From contig CM059432.1 of assembly GCA_030390025.1 (NCBI GenBank), forward strand, positions 12,896,001-12,960,000: DNA of 64,000 nucleotides. Reading direction: 5' to 3'. Position 1 is the stretch's first letter, and each line of letters starts with the position of its first letter. The notes under the pieces are model-generated. The model made no database searches. It was not told the DNA's origin and saw nothing but the letters and a program-made list of their open reading frames with translations. Positions 49,861 to 61,546 of this stretch are shown in pieces. Position numbers and translations under genes: made by a program. The DNA is from Squalus acanthias (lineage: Eukaryota).

Positions 49861-51089
49861 GAAAGAAAGAAAGAAAGACTTGCATTTATATAGCGCTTTT
49901 CATGACCACCAGATGTCCCAAAGCACTTTACAGTCAATTAAGTACTTTTGAAGTGTAGTCACTGTTGTAATGTGGGAAACGCGGCAACCAATTTGCGCAC
50001 AGCAAGCTCCCACAAACAGCAATGTGATAATGACCAGATAATGGCCCAGAAATTAAAGACTGAGTGTTGACGCGGGGGTAAGGCTTCCCCGCGATCTCTC
50101 ACTCCGCGTTGGCTTTTTCAGATCCAGCTCGCACGAACTTGATGTTCTAGACATCAGCTGGGCAGTGCTTGCGTATCCCACCGGCGTAGTGAATTCGTGC
50201 GAGCTGTGGGATCACGTGACTCAGTTAGAGCCAATGGCAGCACACCATCTTCCATTCATAAGTTTCACATACGTGCTGTGAAAGCTATGAATCTTACACA
50301 CCCCCAAAATAACAGCTAAACCTCAATTAAATTTTTAAAAAAAACCATCACATTAATAAAATAAGTATAGTTAAATAAATTAACCATTTTAAATAAAAAA
50401 TTAAATTTTTGAAAAAATTTAAAATCTTTTAAAAAGTTATAAAAATAAACTTACCTGTCTTTAAAGTCTCTAAAAAAGATATACCTGTTAAAAAAAATTC
50501 AAAATAATACTTAATTCACTACTTACCTTGTTAAAAGTGGGTCTTACTCCTCCTTTTTTCATTTCTAAAATCTTCCGTCCTTACCTGCGCGTTCAAAGCA
50601 TTAAGTGCACAGCGTGCGCGTAGCCTGTAGCGCGCACGCGGTGCACCGAGGAACCTCCCCCTTTTCCAAAAACCAAGTGCCGGTTTTCAGCGCATGCGCA
50701 GTGCATGCAGAAAACCGGCAATTGGTGACAGAATACACGAGAGTACACAGTGAGTACTCTCGCGTCGCGGGACTAATTTTTGGGCCAATCTGTTTTTGTT
50801 ATGTTGATTGAGGGATAAATATTGGCCAGGACATCGGGGATAACTCACCTAATCTTCTTCAAAATAGTGCCATGGGATCTTTTACGTCCACCTGAGAGAG
50901 AGAGCAGACGGGGCCTCGGTTTAACGTCTCATCCGAAAGACAGCACCTCCGACAATGCAGCACTCCCTCAGCACTGCACTGGGAGTGACAGCCTAGCTTT
51001 ATGTGCTCAAGTCCCTGGAGTGGGACTATGAACTCACAACCTTCTGACTCAGAGGCGAGTGTGCTCCCCACTGAGCCACAGCTGACACT
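49861..51089 (-). mobile_element. Deu-domain tRNA SINE split by MITE A
   Basis: Tail at 49861-50042, core and head at 50787-51089. Confidence 0.92.
50043..50786. mobile_element. Harbinger-type MITE family A, copy 3
   Basis: TIRs ggcccagaaatta / taatttttgggcc with TSD AAT. Confidence 0.92.
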
Positions 51090-52311
51090 AGTCTAGGCAA
51101 TCTATGTTACAGGCATCGGGCCATGGGCATTCCCTGTCAAGTTTTATCCTGTTCTCGTCCAATGTCCGCGTACAGGAGAAGTCATTGGATTAGAAATCAG
51201 GAGCAGAAACCCCTCGTTAATCCTTTCTACCCCCCCCTAGCCCAGCGTGCGCACAGGCCATTTACAGTATCTCTCCCACCACTGCAGCTGAGAGCAGCTA
51301 ACTCAGAACAGGTTGGGGAAGTCAGGCTTTCCTGAACGGTCACACACACACACAGCTCCTTTAATTCGAATATCATTGCTTATCCAATGCATTGATTCCC
51401 AGATCCACATCAATGTAAGGGGAACACCGCCCCCCGTGCTTTTGCATCATTGTTTCGAAACACCGGCAAAATGACAGAATGAAAAATGGCGGCAGGCACC
51501 ATCTCACTTCACGCGGGCCGAGCTGATTTGTTCGTCTTTGTACTTTTAGAGCAAGTCTTATTTTCCTTCCCCAGCTTTCTTCTGGAATGTTCTTAAAATG
51601 ACTTCAGTTTTGAGGTTTTGCTCTTTATTCTGAGAAGTCACACATGGGTTTTAGAAAGCATTTTTCATGTATACATGGGTAGAATTTGTTTACGAAGGTG
51701 CCAGCAATCGACCCTCACCAAAATCTGGAACGATTCATTTCTCGTTTTATCTTGATCATTAACAGATGATGCACATGTATATGTCAATCCCAAAATACTA
51801 CACAGTAATTAGGGTTTGATTTACAAAGATGCCATTTTGGTAGCTGCCTTTGCTTTCAATTAGCTTATGGGACAATAGATATTGTGCCAAATGTTTCCTT
51901 TTTAAATGTCATGCCAATATTCATATTTTCAACTGGGAAGCGAGTTTTGTTCTTCTTTCAGTTCTTTAACTTCTTACTTCTGTTGTTGTAAGGCCATCTA
52001 GAAGGCAAGGGAGCAGCAGGACTGTAAACACCATATTGTAAAACCAAGGTGAAATGCCAGGGCCCTTCAGAATATCACCAAGGCTGAAGAGAGTGATGAG
52101 GTGCTGTCAGTTCAACTCTTCCGGTCGGCCATAAGCACTAACAAAATACGGCATACTGTGTGTGGTGAAATGTTGGCTTTCAGAGGACTAAAACCTATGA
52201 CAACCAAAGAATAAGAGAAGCTCTACCTTAACACCACACAACCTTAACAATGCATGAAATGATTTGCAGATAAGATAGGTAACAGTATGGGAAACGTAGA
52301 TTTGGAAAATT

Positions 52312-52728
52312 AAAGAAAGAAAGACTTGCATTTATATGGCTCCTTTCACGACCTCAGGACGTCTCAAAGCGCTTTACAGCCACTGCAGTACTTTTGAAGT
52401 GTAGAAAACATGCCAATTTGCGCACAGCAAGCTCCCACAAACAGCAATGAGATAATCTGTTTTAATGATGTTGATTGAGGGATAAATATTGGCCAGGAAT
52501 AACTCCCCTGCTGTTCTTATGAAATAGTGTTGTGGGATCTTTTACATCCACCTGAGAGAGTAGACAGGGCCTCGTTTAACATCTCATCCGAAAGATGGCA
52601 CCTCCAACAGTGCAGCACTCCCACAGTGTCAGCCTAGATTATGTGTTCAAGACTCTGGAGTGGGACTTGAACCCACAACCTTCTGACTCAGAGGCGAGGG
52701 GTGCTACCCACTGAGCCACGGCTGACAC
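52312..52728 (-). mobile_element. Deu-domain tRNA SINE
   Basis: Head, core and tail present. Confidence 0.9.
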
Positions 52729-53776
52729 TTCAAATTACTACAAATTGCGAGAATAGGAAAGATTCAGACAGCAAAAGGCAAATTTAGGATTGACGTCAGG
52801 AAGCTCTTCTGCACATAAAGAGTGATCAACGCATGGATAGAGCTGCGGAGGCAAAAACCTAAAATTATTCAAGGAGCAGTTGGATCTGCAAAGTGTTTCT
52901 GGATGGATGAACGAAAATAGACTTAGTAGACTTCCTTATCCATATTTCTCTTGTGATCTTGTGGTTGCATAAAAAAAATAGAAACGTAGGTAAAGAATTG
53001 AAAAATATTTGCATGAGTTTCGGTCCGAGAATCACCTGTTATTCGGATAGCTCGGCTCAGCTGGCACAGCTCGGGCAGATTTCTGCCAGGCTGTTAAATG
53101 AAGGCTTTTCATCTTGTGGGAAATGGCAGAGCCTAACATCGCCCATCTTGCCTTGTTTAAATTGTGCCTCCTAGCAGATAATCAGAGAGCAATGGTTGGC
53201 AGGAAGTAGTGGAGAAATAACTTTAACCGCCTCTACCCTCCCAGGGGGGGAAGGAAAGAAGCACGACAGCTTTTGTTAAGATGCCAACAGAACTTGAAAA
53301 AGAAAATGTCGCAAACATGTTGGATACCGATTGCATTGCATAAAGTGCCAATTCTTTACCCAGAACAGTATGCAGTTATCCACTGGATGTCCATTACATT
53401 TAAATACATGCCGCTCCATTACTAAATGGTTCTGAAACTCAAACTTCAGGCTCCAACCTCAGACTGCCACCACTGCACTATTCAGGGTAATATCACACCT
53501 GGCTGGCCACAGCCTCAGACTGTATCCATGCTCATGCAACCTGCTGAAAATAGCAAAAATAAATGTAAAGACTGAGGTTATTATATGTATCGAATAACTA
53601 AATGCATATCTCTGCTTTGTATCAAGAGAGCGTACCTTTGGATTGGATGGTTTCTGAAAATTGAACTACTCGTTATGCCAATCAATGGCTTATTTTTTTG
53701 GAAAATATCTGATCCTCAATCTACACCCTTCGTATAATTATTTGTGAAAACGAAAGAAAGAATTTGCACTTATATA

Positions 53777-55750
53777 GGCCCGGATTTTGCGTAGCTAATA
53801 ACGGCGAGGCTAACAGCGCTCACCGTTATATCGCAGTGAATCGGACAGCAGCTTCCGGAGCCCACACATGCGCAGTTCCAGGTGGAAATCTAGAAGTTGC
53901 TGTCAGAGATACCGCGCTCCTCCACAGGGTGCGCTGCAACAGTCCTCGCCAATAGACTCGCTGCTGAGATCAATGCAACGGCGTGAAGTTCGGGTACTTG
54001 CCCACAAGTTCCCCACTAAAGGCGCCAGAAAAAGTTAGGGCTGGTGCATTCGGGAGTAACTGAATTTTTAACTGCCTGATAATTACTGCAAACAACCACT
54101 CTGGCCCTGAAAATTGAATTTATAAGTGTGGGGTCTCATTCCCTCAGAAGCTAATTAGTGTGCGAGATTTTTTTTTTAAGTCAAAATAATTTTTTGTTTT
54201 ACTTTTTCAGTCTGTCTCTTTTGTCTCTCTCTCTCTCTTAATCCCTTCTGTCTTTCCTAATCATTAATTCACTTTCTGTACATGATTTAAATCTAATTTA
54301 TACTTCCTGGTTTAGACACTGTTGGGGGAGTTTTAACATGGGTGAGCGGATGGGAATGGGTGCGGGTGGGAATGGGTGCGGGTGGGAATGGGTGCGGGTG
54401 GGAATGGGTGAGTGGGTGGAAATGGGTGCGGGTGGGAATGGGTGCGGGTGGAAATGGGTGCGGGTGGAAATGGGTGCGGGTGGAAATGGGTGCGGGTGGG
54501 AATGGGTGCGGGTGGGAATGGGTGCGGGTGGGAATGGGTGCGGGTGGAAATGGGTGCGGGTGGGAATGGGTGAGCGGGTGGGAATGGGTGAGCGGGTGGG
54601 AATGGGTGAGCGGGTGGGAATGGGTGCGGGTGGGAATGGGTGAGCGGGTGGGAATGGGTGCGGGTGGGAATGGGTGAGCGGGTGGGAATGGGTGAGCGGG
54701 TGGGAATGGGTGAGCGGGTGGGAATGGGTGAGCGGGTGGGAATGGGTGCGGGTGAGAATGGGTGCGGGTGGGAATGGGTGAGCGGGTGGGAATGGGTGAG
54801 CGGGTGGGAATGGGTGCGGGTGAGAATGGGTGCGGGTGGGAATGGGTGAGCGGGTGGGAATGGGTGAGCGGGTGGGAATGGGTGAGCGGGTGGGAATGGG
54901 TGAGCGGGTGGGAATGGGTGAGCGGGTGGGAATGGGTGCGGGTGGGAATGGGTGCGGGTGGGAATGGGTGCGGGTGTGGGGGTTAAATGGGCAAAAAATC
55001 TAAGCGTGTCGGGAAGCCGGCTCCAACCCGCCGACTTCCAGGTTTTGACGAGGCGGGACAAGGGGCAGGCAGCCAATCCACTCCCAGGAGGCGGGTCAGC
55101 ATTTTAAGTTTGTTAATAAGGCTAGAAGCCTCGGATTTAACCTGCTTTGCAGGTTTAACTGTTGCCGGCCGGTTTTCCTGAGCTTCGGGAAACCCGGCAG
55201 CTGCAGCAATGCGAGGACAGTCTTGGGGAGCACTCCTTGTAGGCCAGGAGGAGCAGAAGTCCTTTCTCCCACCTCCCCAAGCTCTCCCACCATCAGACAC
55301 CACCCCCCCATACTAAACCCCCCCCCCCAAGGGATCGGAACCGCGCCCCCTCCCCCCCCCCCACCCCAGGGTTAGGGATCGGAGCACCCCTCGGTATTGG
55401 ACACCCCCCCCACCGGGGTTGGGGATCAGATGCCTTCCCCCGGGGTCAGGGATCGGACCCCCCTTGGGATCGTACCCCCCGGGGTTGGGGATCGGACCTG
55501 CTTGGTGCTGTGGCCTCCTCCGGAGCGTTCCCCACCTGACTGAAAGCCAGGCCTGTCAATCAGGCTGACTCCTGGGTGGGGAACCTGTCAATGATGAAAG
55601 ATGCAAGCTTGCGGAGTTAAATCTCCACGGCATGCAGGGAAACCCAGACGTCTGAGCAAGTCGTCGCTCAAAAGCCCACACACACTTTGCGTGCAGCTGT
55701 CAGCGAGGTGAACAGCGAGCGCCGTTCCTTCACCACTGACCGCAAAGTCC
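53777..55750. mobile_element. Harbinger-type MITE (family E) containing a nested family D element
   Basis: Left terminus ggcccggattttgc and a truncated right terminus gcaaagtccg. The nested element starts gggggagttttaac at 54324, and its body (54980-55650) matches 4261-4789 and 7976-8070. Confidence 0.55.
54340..54978 (+). repeat. G-rich minisatellite with mixed 16-bp and 18-bp units
   Basis: Units gggtgcgggtgggaat and gggtgagcgggtgggaat over about 640 bp. Confidence 0.97.
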
Positions 55751-56837
55751 GAAAAACAGTGTCCCAAAGTACTTCAATGGTGACTCCACTTCAAAAGTAC
55801 TTTATTGGCTGTAAAGCACGTTTGGATGTCCTGATGTCGTGAAAGACGTTATATAAATGCAAGTCCTATTAATTATTTTACTTTATTCGTCCCATTGTGT
55901 TTGCGCTATTTTCTTTTTCAAAGCAATTCGAAATCACTCTCACTGCCCTGCTCTTTGCCCGTATCGCTGCACTTTCCTGGGCTTTAAATCTTTATAGACG
56001 CATAGAAGATTATTGTATGTAGAGTATAAGGAGGAGGAGCAAGGGAGAGTGAGCCACAGGCAATGGGGGGACTCATTATGATGTTACCGTGTTAGCATGT
56101 CGTATTTAACTTAAGGGAGAAGCAAAAAACTTTCATGTGTGCCTCTGAGCCTATTGTGGCTGGGCTCTGAAATGTTAGAAGGGTTTCATTAACCTTAATG
56201 CTGAAGGAGATTTGAGAAAAGCAAGAGAGATGGGAGGAAATACCAACTACTAGATGATCATTTCTGTCTGAAGTCAGAGGGTGAATTACATTAAATAAAT
56301 TACCACTGGGCTGCTTCCAATAAAGCCTCTAGTCATACAGCTCAGTGCACTTCTGCAGAAGTTAACTGGTATAATGGTGTACGATCATTTAACATGTCTG
56401 AAATTCCTCTCTCTGTTATTTTAGCGGAGGTGTCAATCTACTAAGAGTTCAATTAACTTCGGTTGACTGAAGACTTTTTTTTTAACAGGAGACTTTTCAG
56501 ATGATTAAATTTTCAGGCTATAATAATAACATTATTTAACTTTCTCCTTAATATTTTAAAACTGTGCATTTTTCGCTTTTTCAATAAACCCCAGCCCATT
56601 ACAGTACCGTAACTTTCCTGTTGCTGCCCCTCAATTAACCTCCAGTAATATTTTGCCCAGAAATGCTAATGGCTAACAGACTGACAAAAGAGCCATTGGT
56701 CCAGAAATTGCTCAGGGACATGATCCCTGCAGTTACACTGGGATCGCACCCGCCGGTGACTAACAGCTCTAACCCCGATGGAGTTTTGTGGGGTCGGTGA
56801 GAGGGCACCTGATTTGCATTAGCTGGGCGGGTGCCCG

Positions 56838-57143
56838 TGAAAGAAAGACTTGCATTTATATAGCGCCTTTCACGTTGGACGTCCCAAAGCGCTTTACAGC
56901 CAATGAAGTACTTTTTGAAGTGTAGTCGCTGTCGTAACGTAGGAAACGCGGCAGCCGATTTGCGCACAGCAAGCTCCCACAAACAGAAATGCAAAATGAC
57001 CAGATCATCTATCTTTAGTGATGTTGGTTGAGGTATAAATATTGGCCACGACACCGGGGGGGGGAACTCCCCTGCTCTTCTTCGAAGTATTGCCACGGAA
57101 TCTTTTCCATCCACTTGAGAGTCTTAATGTCTCACCCGAAAGA
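56838..57143 (-). mobile_element. Deu SINE, 5'-truncated
   Basis: Tail and core only. Confidence 0.85.
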
Positions 57144-57739
57144 CAGATGCCATGAGGAGTGCATCTCGGACACCTGCCAGTTCACACAGGCAGCAAACTC
57201 AGGTGTCTGTTCCCATCCAGGCAAGGGGTGCCTGGTCCCCCACTGAAGAAATAACTTTCCAGGCCATCCAGTTCTTTATTAATTGGCGCCAATAATTAAT
57301 TTTTTTTTAAGTATCAATTTGAGACCCATGGGGCTCACTTGCACCCTTTAACTCACTGTGCGTACCGACTTCCACACTTCCACTGGGTTCCCCCCTGAGG
57401 CTAGGGAAGTGGTAACTCTCAGCGTAGGGAGTTGCCACTCCTGACTCCATCCTCCCCACTGCTGCAGGCAAATATGTTTGGGATAGACGGAGGTTCTGTC
57501 CTAGGCAGCGAAGGCTGGCACCTGGTGTCTCTGGTTCCCAGCCTTTTTCTCAGGCCTTCCTGCTGGAGATACGTCAGGAGTGCACGGAAGGCCCGCACAC
57601 TTTCAGGGCCATTGTTAGTAACAGTGCTTGCTTCTCCTCAATACGTCAACATTGAATAGTTGGAACGGGGAGATACATTTGGAATCCTGATTTGGAAGCA
57701 GAACCAGTTTATTGTAAATAATGGTTATTGAGATAGGTT

Positions 57740-57982
57740 AAAGAAAGAAGAAAGTAACATGCATTTATATAGCGCCTTTTGTGACCTCAAGATCTCCCAA
57801 ACCACTTCACAGCCATTAAAGTACGTTTGAAGTGTAGTTACTGTTGTAATATATGAAAATGCACCAGCCACTTTGCACGCAGCAAGGACCCACAAATAGC
57901 AATATGATAGTCTGTTGTTGGTTGAGGGACAAATGTTGGTCGGGACACCAACAGAACTCCCCTACTCTTCTTCGAATAGTGG
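57740..57982 (-). mobile_element. Deu SINE, degenerate 3' part
   Basis: gcatttatatagcgcc..gaagtgtagt..cttcttcgaatagt. Confidence 0.75.
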
Positions 57983-58229
57983 CACAGGTCATAAGCACAT
58001 GGACAGCATCTCTAGTGAATGCTGAAACTACTGGTATACAGATAATAATTTCTAGATAATGTAGGTTGATAAAGTACCTTGTTGTATTGAAGTTGGGCCT
58101 GAAATCTTCCACTCACCAACTGGCTTCCTCACTTTTAAACTTTAATGGCCCTGTAAAAAAGCCAACTCACTAGCATGCAAGTAATATCAGCACCTTTATC
58201 CCTATCTCCACCCCTTCCCGTAAGCTTTC

Positions 58230-59080
58230 TCGCTGGACTCATTTGTTAGGTACACTGCCTAATGCAGAACTGAGCCATACAGAATGGGTTTAATTCCCAG
58301 TCAGTGCTGAGTTATCTGACCTCACGCAGGGCAAAGGATGAAGCCCCACAATTGGCCTCAGGGGCTAGGGAGACAAAAATAAATCAGTTTCCATTCCCAA
58401 TCGTTATCTAGTGGCTGTTACTGGGAAAGGCTCTTCTGTGGATGTCAATTTATATAGCGCCTTTTACGACTACCAGACGTCCCAAAGCACTTTACAGCCA
58501 ATGAAGTACTTTTTGGAGTGCAGTCACTGTTGTAATGTGAGAAACGCGGTAGCTAATTGCGCACAGCAAGCTCCCACAAACAGCAATGTGGTAATGACCA
58601 GATAATCTGTTTTTGTTATGTTGATTGAGGGATAAATATTGGCCAGGACACCGGGGATAACTCCACTGCTCTTCTTCAAAATAGTGCCATGGGATCTTTT
58701 ACGTCCACCTGAGAGAGCAGACAGGGCCTCGGTTTAACGTCTCATCCGAAAGACGGCACCTCCGACAGTGCAGCATTCCCTCAGTACTGCACTGGGGGTG
58801 TCAGCCTAGAGTTTTGTGCTTAAGTCCCTGGAGTGGGGCTTAAACCCACAACCTTCTGACTGAGAGGAGAGAGTGCTGCCCACTGAGCCACGGCCGAGTG
58901 AAAACAGGATCAAGCTTAGCTGTGATGTCCCTTATGGCCATTGAGTGTGGACTGGGCCAGGCTCTGTAATGATGTCCTCCCAGGTCAAATAGCTTGCCAA
59001 TGCTCACTGCCTACTCTCACACATGAGTAATAGTCATTTAGGTGAGATACCAGAGGGCAAACGTCAGCCATGGAATGGTG
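58230..59080 (+). mobile_element. MamSINE1-like SINE relic split by a Deu SINE
   Basis: ctgagccatacaga..gtgctgagttatctgacctca..acaattggcctca..ggctaggga..caggatcaagcttagctgtgatg..aatagcttgccaatgctcactg..gataccagaggg. Confidence 0.6.
58448..58895 (-). mobile_element. Deu-domain tRNA SINE
   Basis: Near-consensus head, core and tail. Shows the empty gaccagataatctg site. Confidence 0.92.
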
Positions 59081-59364
59081 GGGCCTGAAATTGCTCTTCC
59101 TTGCATTGATGGCGCAGTGCGGTGCAGAGGAAGTGCAAAGTCTGGAATTCATCCCTGCATAGTGAAATGGTGCTGTGCTTAATCTGCCCTGTCCCTTTAA
59201 ATTCACATTACTGTTAATAGGCACATTCTCAGTTCAATTAGACGATAATTGCTGTTGCTAAGAGAAGTTTGTAGATTGACAACTGCGTCTATTTCCACAT
59301 CTCCAAGTCCAAAGAAACCAGGTTTGCCTTTTACTGGTTAATTACTTAATTGATGACAGATGTC

Positions 59365-59978
59365 ATCACCAATTAAAAAGGTAGCACATTCCCCCTTCTT
59401 AAAGGGACACAACCCATAAACTGTAACTTAAACAAAAATTTAAAGGAAACTTATCAAATCAAAAAAAAATTTATTCTGGGGCGAGGTGAAGCACTCCAGT
59501 CCAATGTTCCCCCTAATCTTTTTTTTTGAGTGCGCGGCCCCTTTAAGGGGCTGCGCAGCCCATTTACAGTTTCGGCGCATGTGCGAAATTTAACATTGGA
59601 GAAGCCAGTCCTGGGCTGCACGGGACCGGCAGAGAGCTGCGCGGCACAGCTTACGTTGCTCCAGTCCCTCCAGTGCCCACCGGTCGCGGAAGGCCTCGAG
59701 CGTGCCGGTGGACATCGTGTGCTGCATCTCCAGGGACACCCGGGCACGAGCGTAGCCGCGGAAGAGAACCGAGCCGAACGACCCCCTCGACCACCCGCTG
59801 CCTGGACCTGTTTATGGCCATCTTGACCAGGCCCAGGAGCAGTCCCACGAGGAGGTCCTCTGACCTGCCCGCTACCCTCCGCACCGGGTGGCCAAAGATC
59901 CAGAGCGTGGGACTGAACAGCAGCCAAAAGTTGAGGAGCAGCCCCTTGAAATTGTGGAAGAGAGGAACCAGGTTTACC
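59365..59978 (-). mobile_element. Tx1-clade LINE 3' fragment
   Basis: [46 protein letters not shown], then [23 protein letters not shown] and an AT-rich 3' UTR. Clade assignment is from recall. Confidence 0.75.
59502..59658. mobile_element. Short hAT-type MITE
   Basis: Perfect 8-bp TSD ctccagtc (59494-59501 and 59659-59666), termini caatg / cgttg. Confidence 0.8.
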
Positions 59979-60666
59979 TGGCTGTTCCCACTAGTTGATG
60001 GTACAAGGACTAGGGGACACGGATTTAAGGTTTTGGGCAAGAGATACAGGGGGGGCGTGAGGAAAAACTTTTTTACGCAGCGAGTGGTGAGGACCTGGAA
60101 CTCGCTGCCGACGGAAGTGGTGGAAGCGGAGACACAATGTTTTCAAGGGGAGACTAGATAGGCAGTTGAGGGAAATAAACTTGCTGGGCTACGGGGATAG
60201 AGCGGGGGAATGGGACTGACTGGACTGCTCTACAGAGAGCTGGCACGAACTCGATGGGCTGAATGGCTTCCTTCTGTGCCGTTATGACTCTATGGGCTGG
60301 ATTTTGATACTGGGGTGGGTTGGGGTCGTGTCATCCAGCCAGCTATAGTCAGCTATCCAAATGTGCTCCAGGTTTCACATTCGTGGTTCAGAACAGGCGT
60401 GCTTCATGTAGAAAAAGGGTTAAAATCACAAAGGCCTTTCAAAATGGCATTATAGAGGCAATTTAGTGCTTGTTAAGGGCCTTAACAGCCTATCCCACCT
60501 CTTAGAGGCGGGACGGAGGTGGGACCAGCAGACACGATTTAATGAAAATTGCGTGGAGGCGGACTTGTGCCCACCCGCCAGTTTTTGCAATTTTAACCCC
60601 CCACATGCCTCCAAACCCACCTCCATGGGTCAATGAAAATCCAGCCCTATGTCTCTATGAATCTAT
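59979..60666 (+). mobile_element. CR1 3' end with MITE B inserted in its tail
   Basis: [22 protein letters not shown] and (actctatg)-type tail repeats. Confidence 0.9.
60294..60647. mobile_element. Harbinger-type MITE family B (inverted, internally deleted)
   Basis: TIRs gggctggatttt / aaaatccagccc with TSD TAT. Confidence 0.9.
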
Positions 60667-61546
60667 GGGGGCAAAATTTGGTTGCTTTGCGCCTCCTGTT
60701 AGCGCCCTAAGAGGGCGCTAATGGGGCGCAAAGCAACTAGCGCCCAGGCGCGGTGATGTTTGCGCCACTCACGAAATTGACCAGACATTTTGCGGCAGGC
60801 GCTAAACACTACCACCGCGATCTCCTGCGCCAGCAGATCGTGACGTCAGTCAAGCGTGCAACGCCCCGGTAGCACCCCGGACCGGATATTGAGTGGCACC
60901 CCCTGCCTTACCGCCTGCCGCTAGCAACGACAGGTTGAGGGGAACGTTTTGCAGTCGGGAAGGGACTGGGGGAACGTTATTTAAAGGCGGCCGCTTCCTG
61001 CCTTTTTTTGTCGGCGACATTTTTGCACCACGCATTCTGAGAGAGAGACTTCCGAGAGATTCAATGCTGTGTGAAGGAGTTTTGGGTACTGAGCTGCACT
61101 TTGCAGGTTCATTTTGATTTGACCTTCCTTGCATCGATTTAGAAGAGACTGTGGAGGCTACACTCTGAGCTCTTTCCCTGGGCCTCTCCATTGTTCTTTC
61201 TAGCAGAATTGATGTACAGGTCTCTCCAGGCTGAGAATCAAGGCTGCAATGAGCAGGGTGGAGAGCAAGATCAACCCTCCCCTTTAAGAACTGGCCGGCG
61301 CCAGTGTGTCTGTGTTCCATTGCTGACTGACATCACATGAGCTTTGCCAGCGCTCTGAGGTAGCGCCTCACTCCTCAGCGTTAGCGCCTTAAGAGAGGTG
61401 TGTCGCGCCTGATTTAGCGCTCCAATCACCTCCAGGGGCGATAGAAGCCAAGTTTGCAGTCGGAGGCGATAATTAGTGCCAGGCGCTAAACTTTGCGCCC
61501 AGCCGATAATTGCGCCCCAAACGGGGCGATACCGAATTTCTCCCCC
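60667..61546. mobile_element. Harbinger-type MITE family C
   Basis: TIRs gggggcaaaatt / aatttctccccc with flanks TAT/CAT. Colinear with 24372-25263. Confidence 0.88.

Larger units (their letters stand above)
49770..51340 (-). mobile_element. MamSINE1-like SINE relic split by a SINE plus MITE
   Basis: 51090-51340 reverse-complements to ctgagttagctgctctcagc..tgggctaggggggg..gctcctgatttctaatccaatgac. A 3' piece lies at 49770-49860. Confidence 0.5.

Noticed and set aside
54333..55076. 247-aa Pro/His/Thr-rich ORF and overlapping Gly/Trp-rich ORFs
   Set aside because: These are translations of a stop-free minisatellite.
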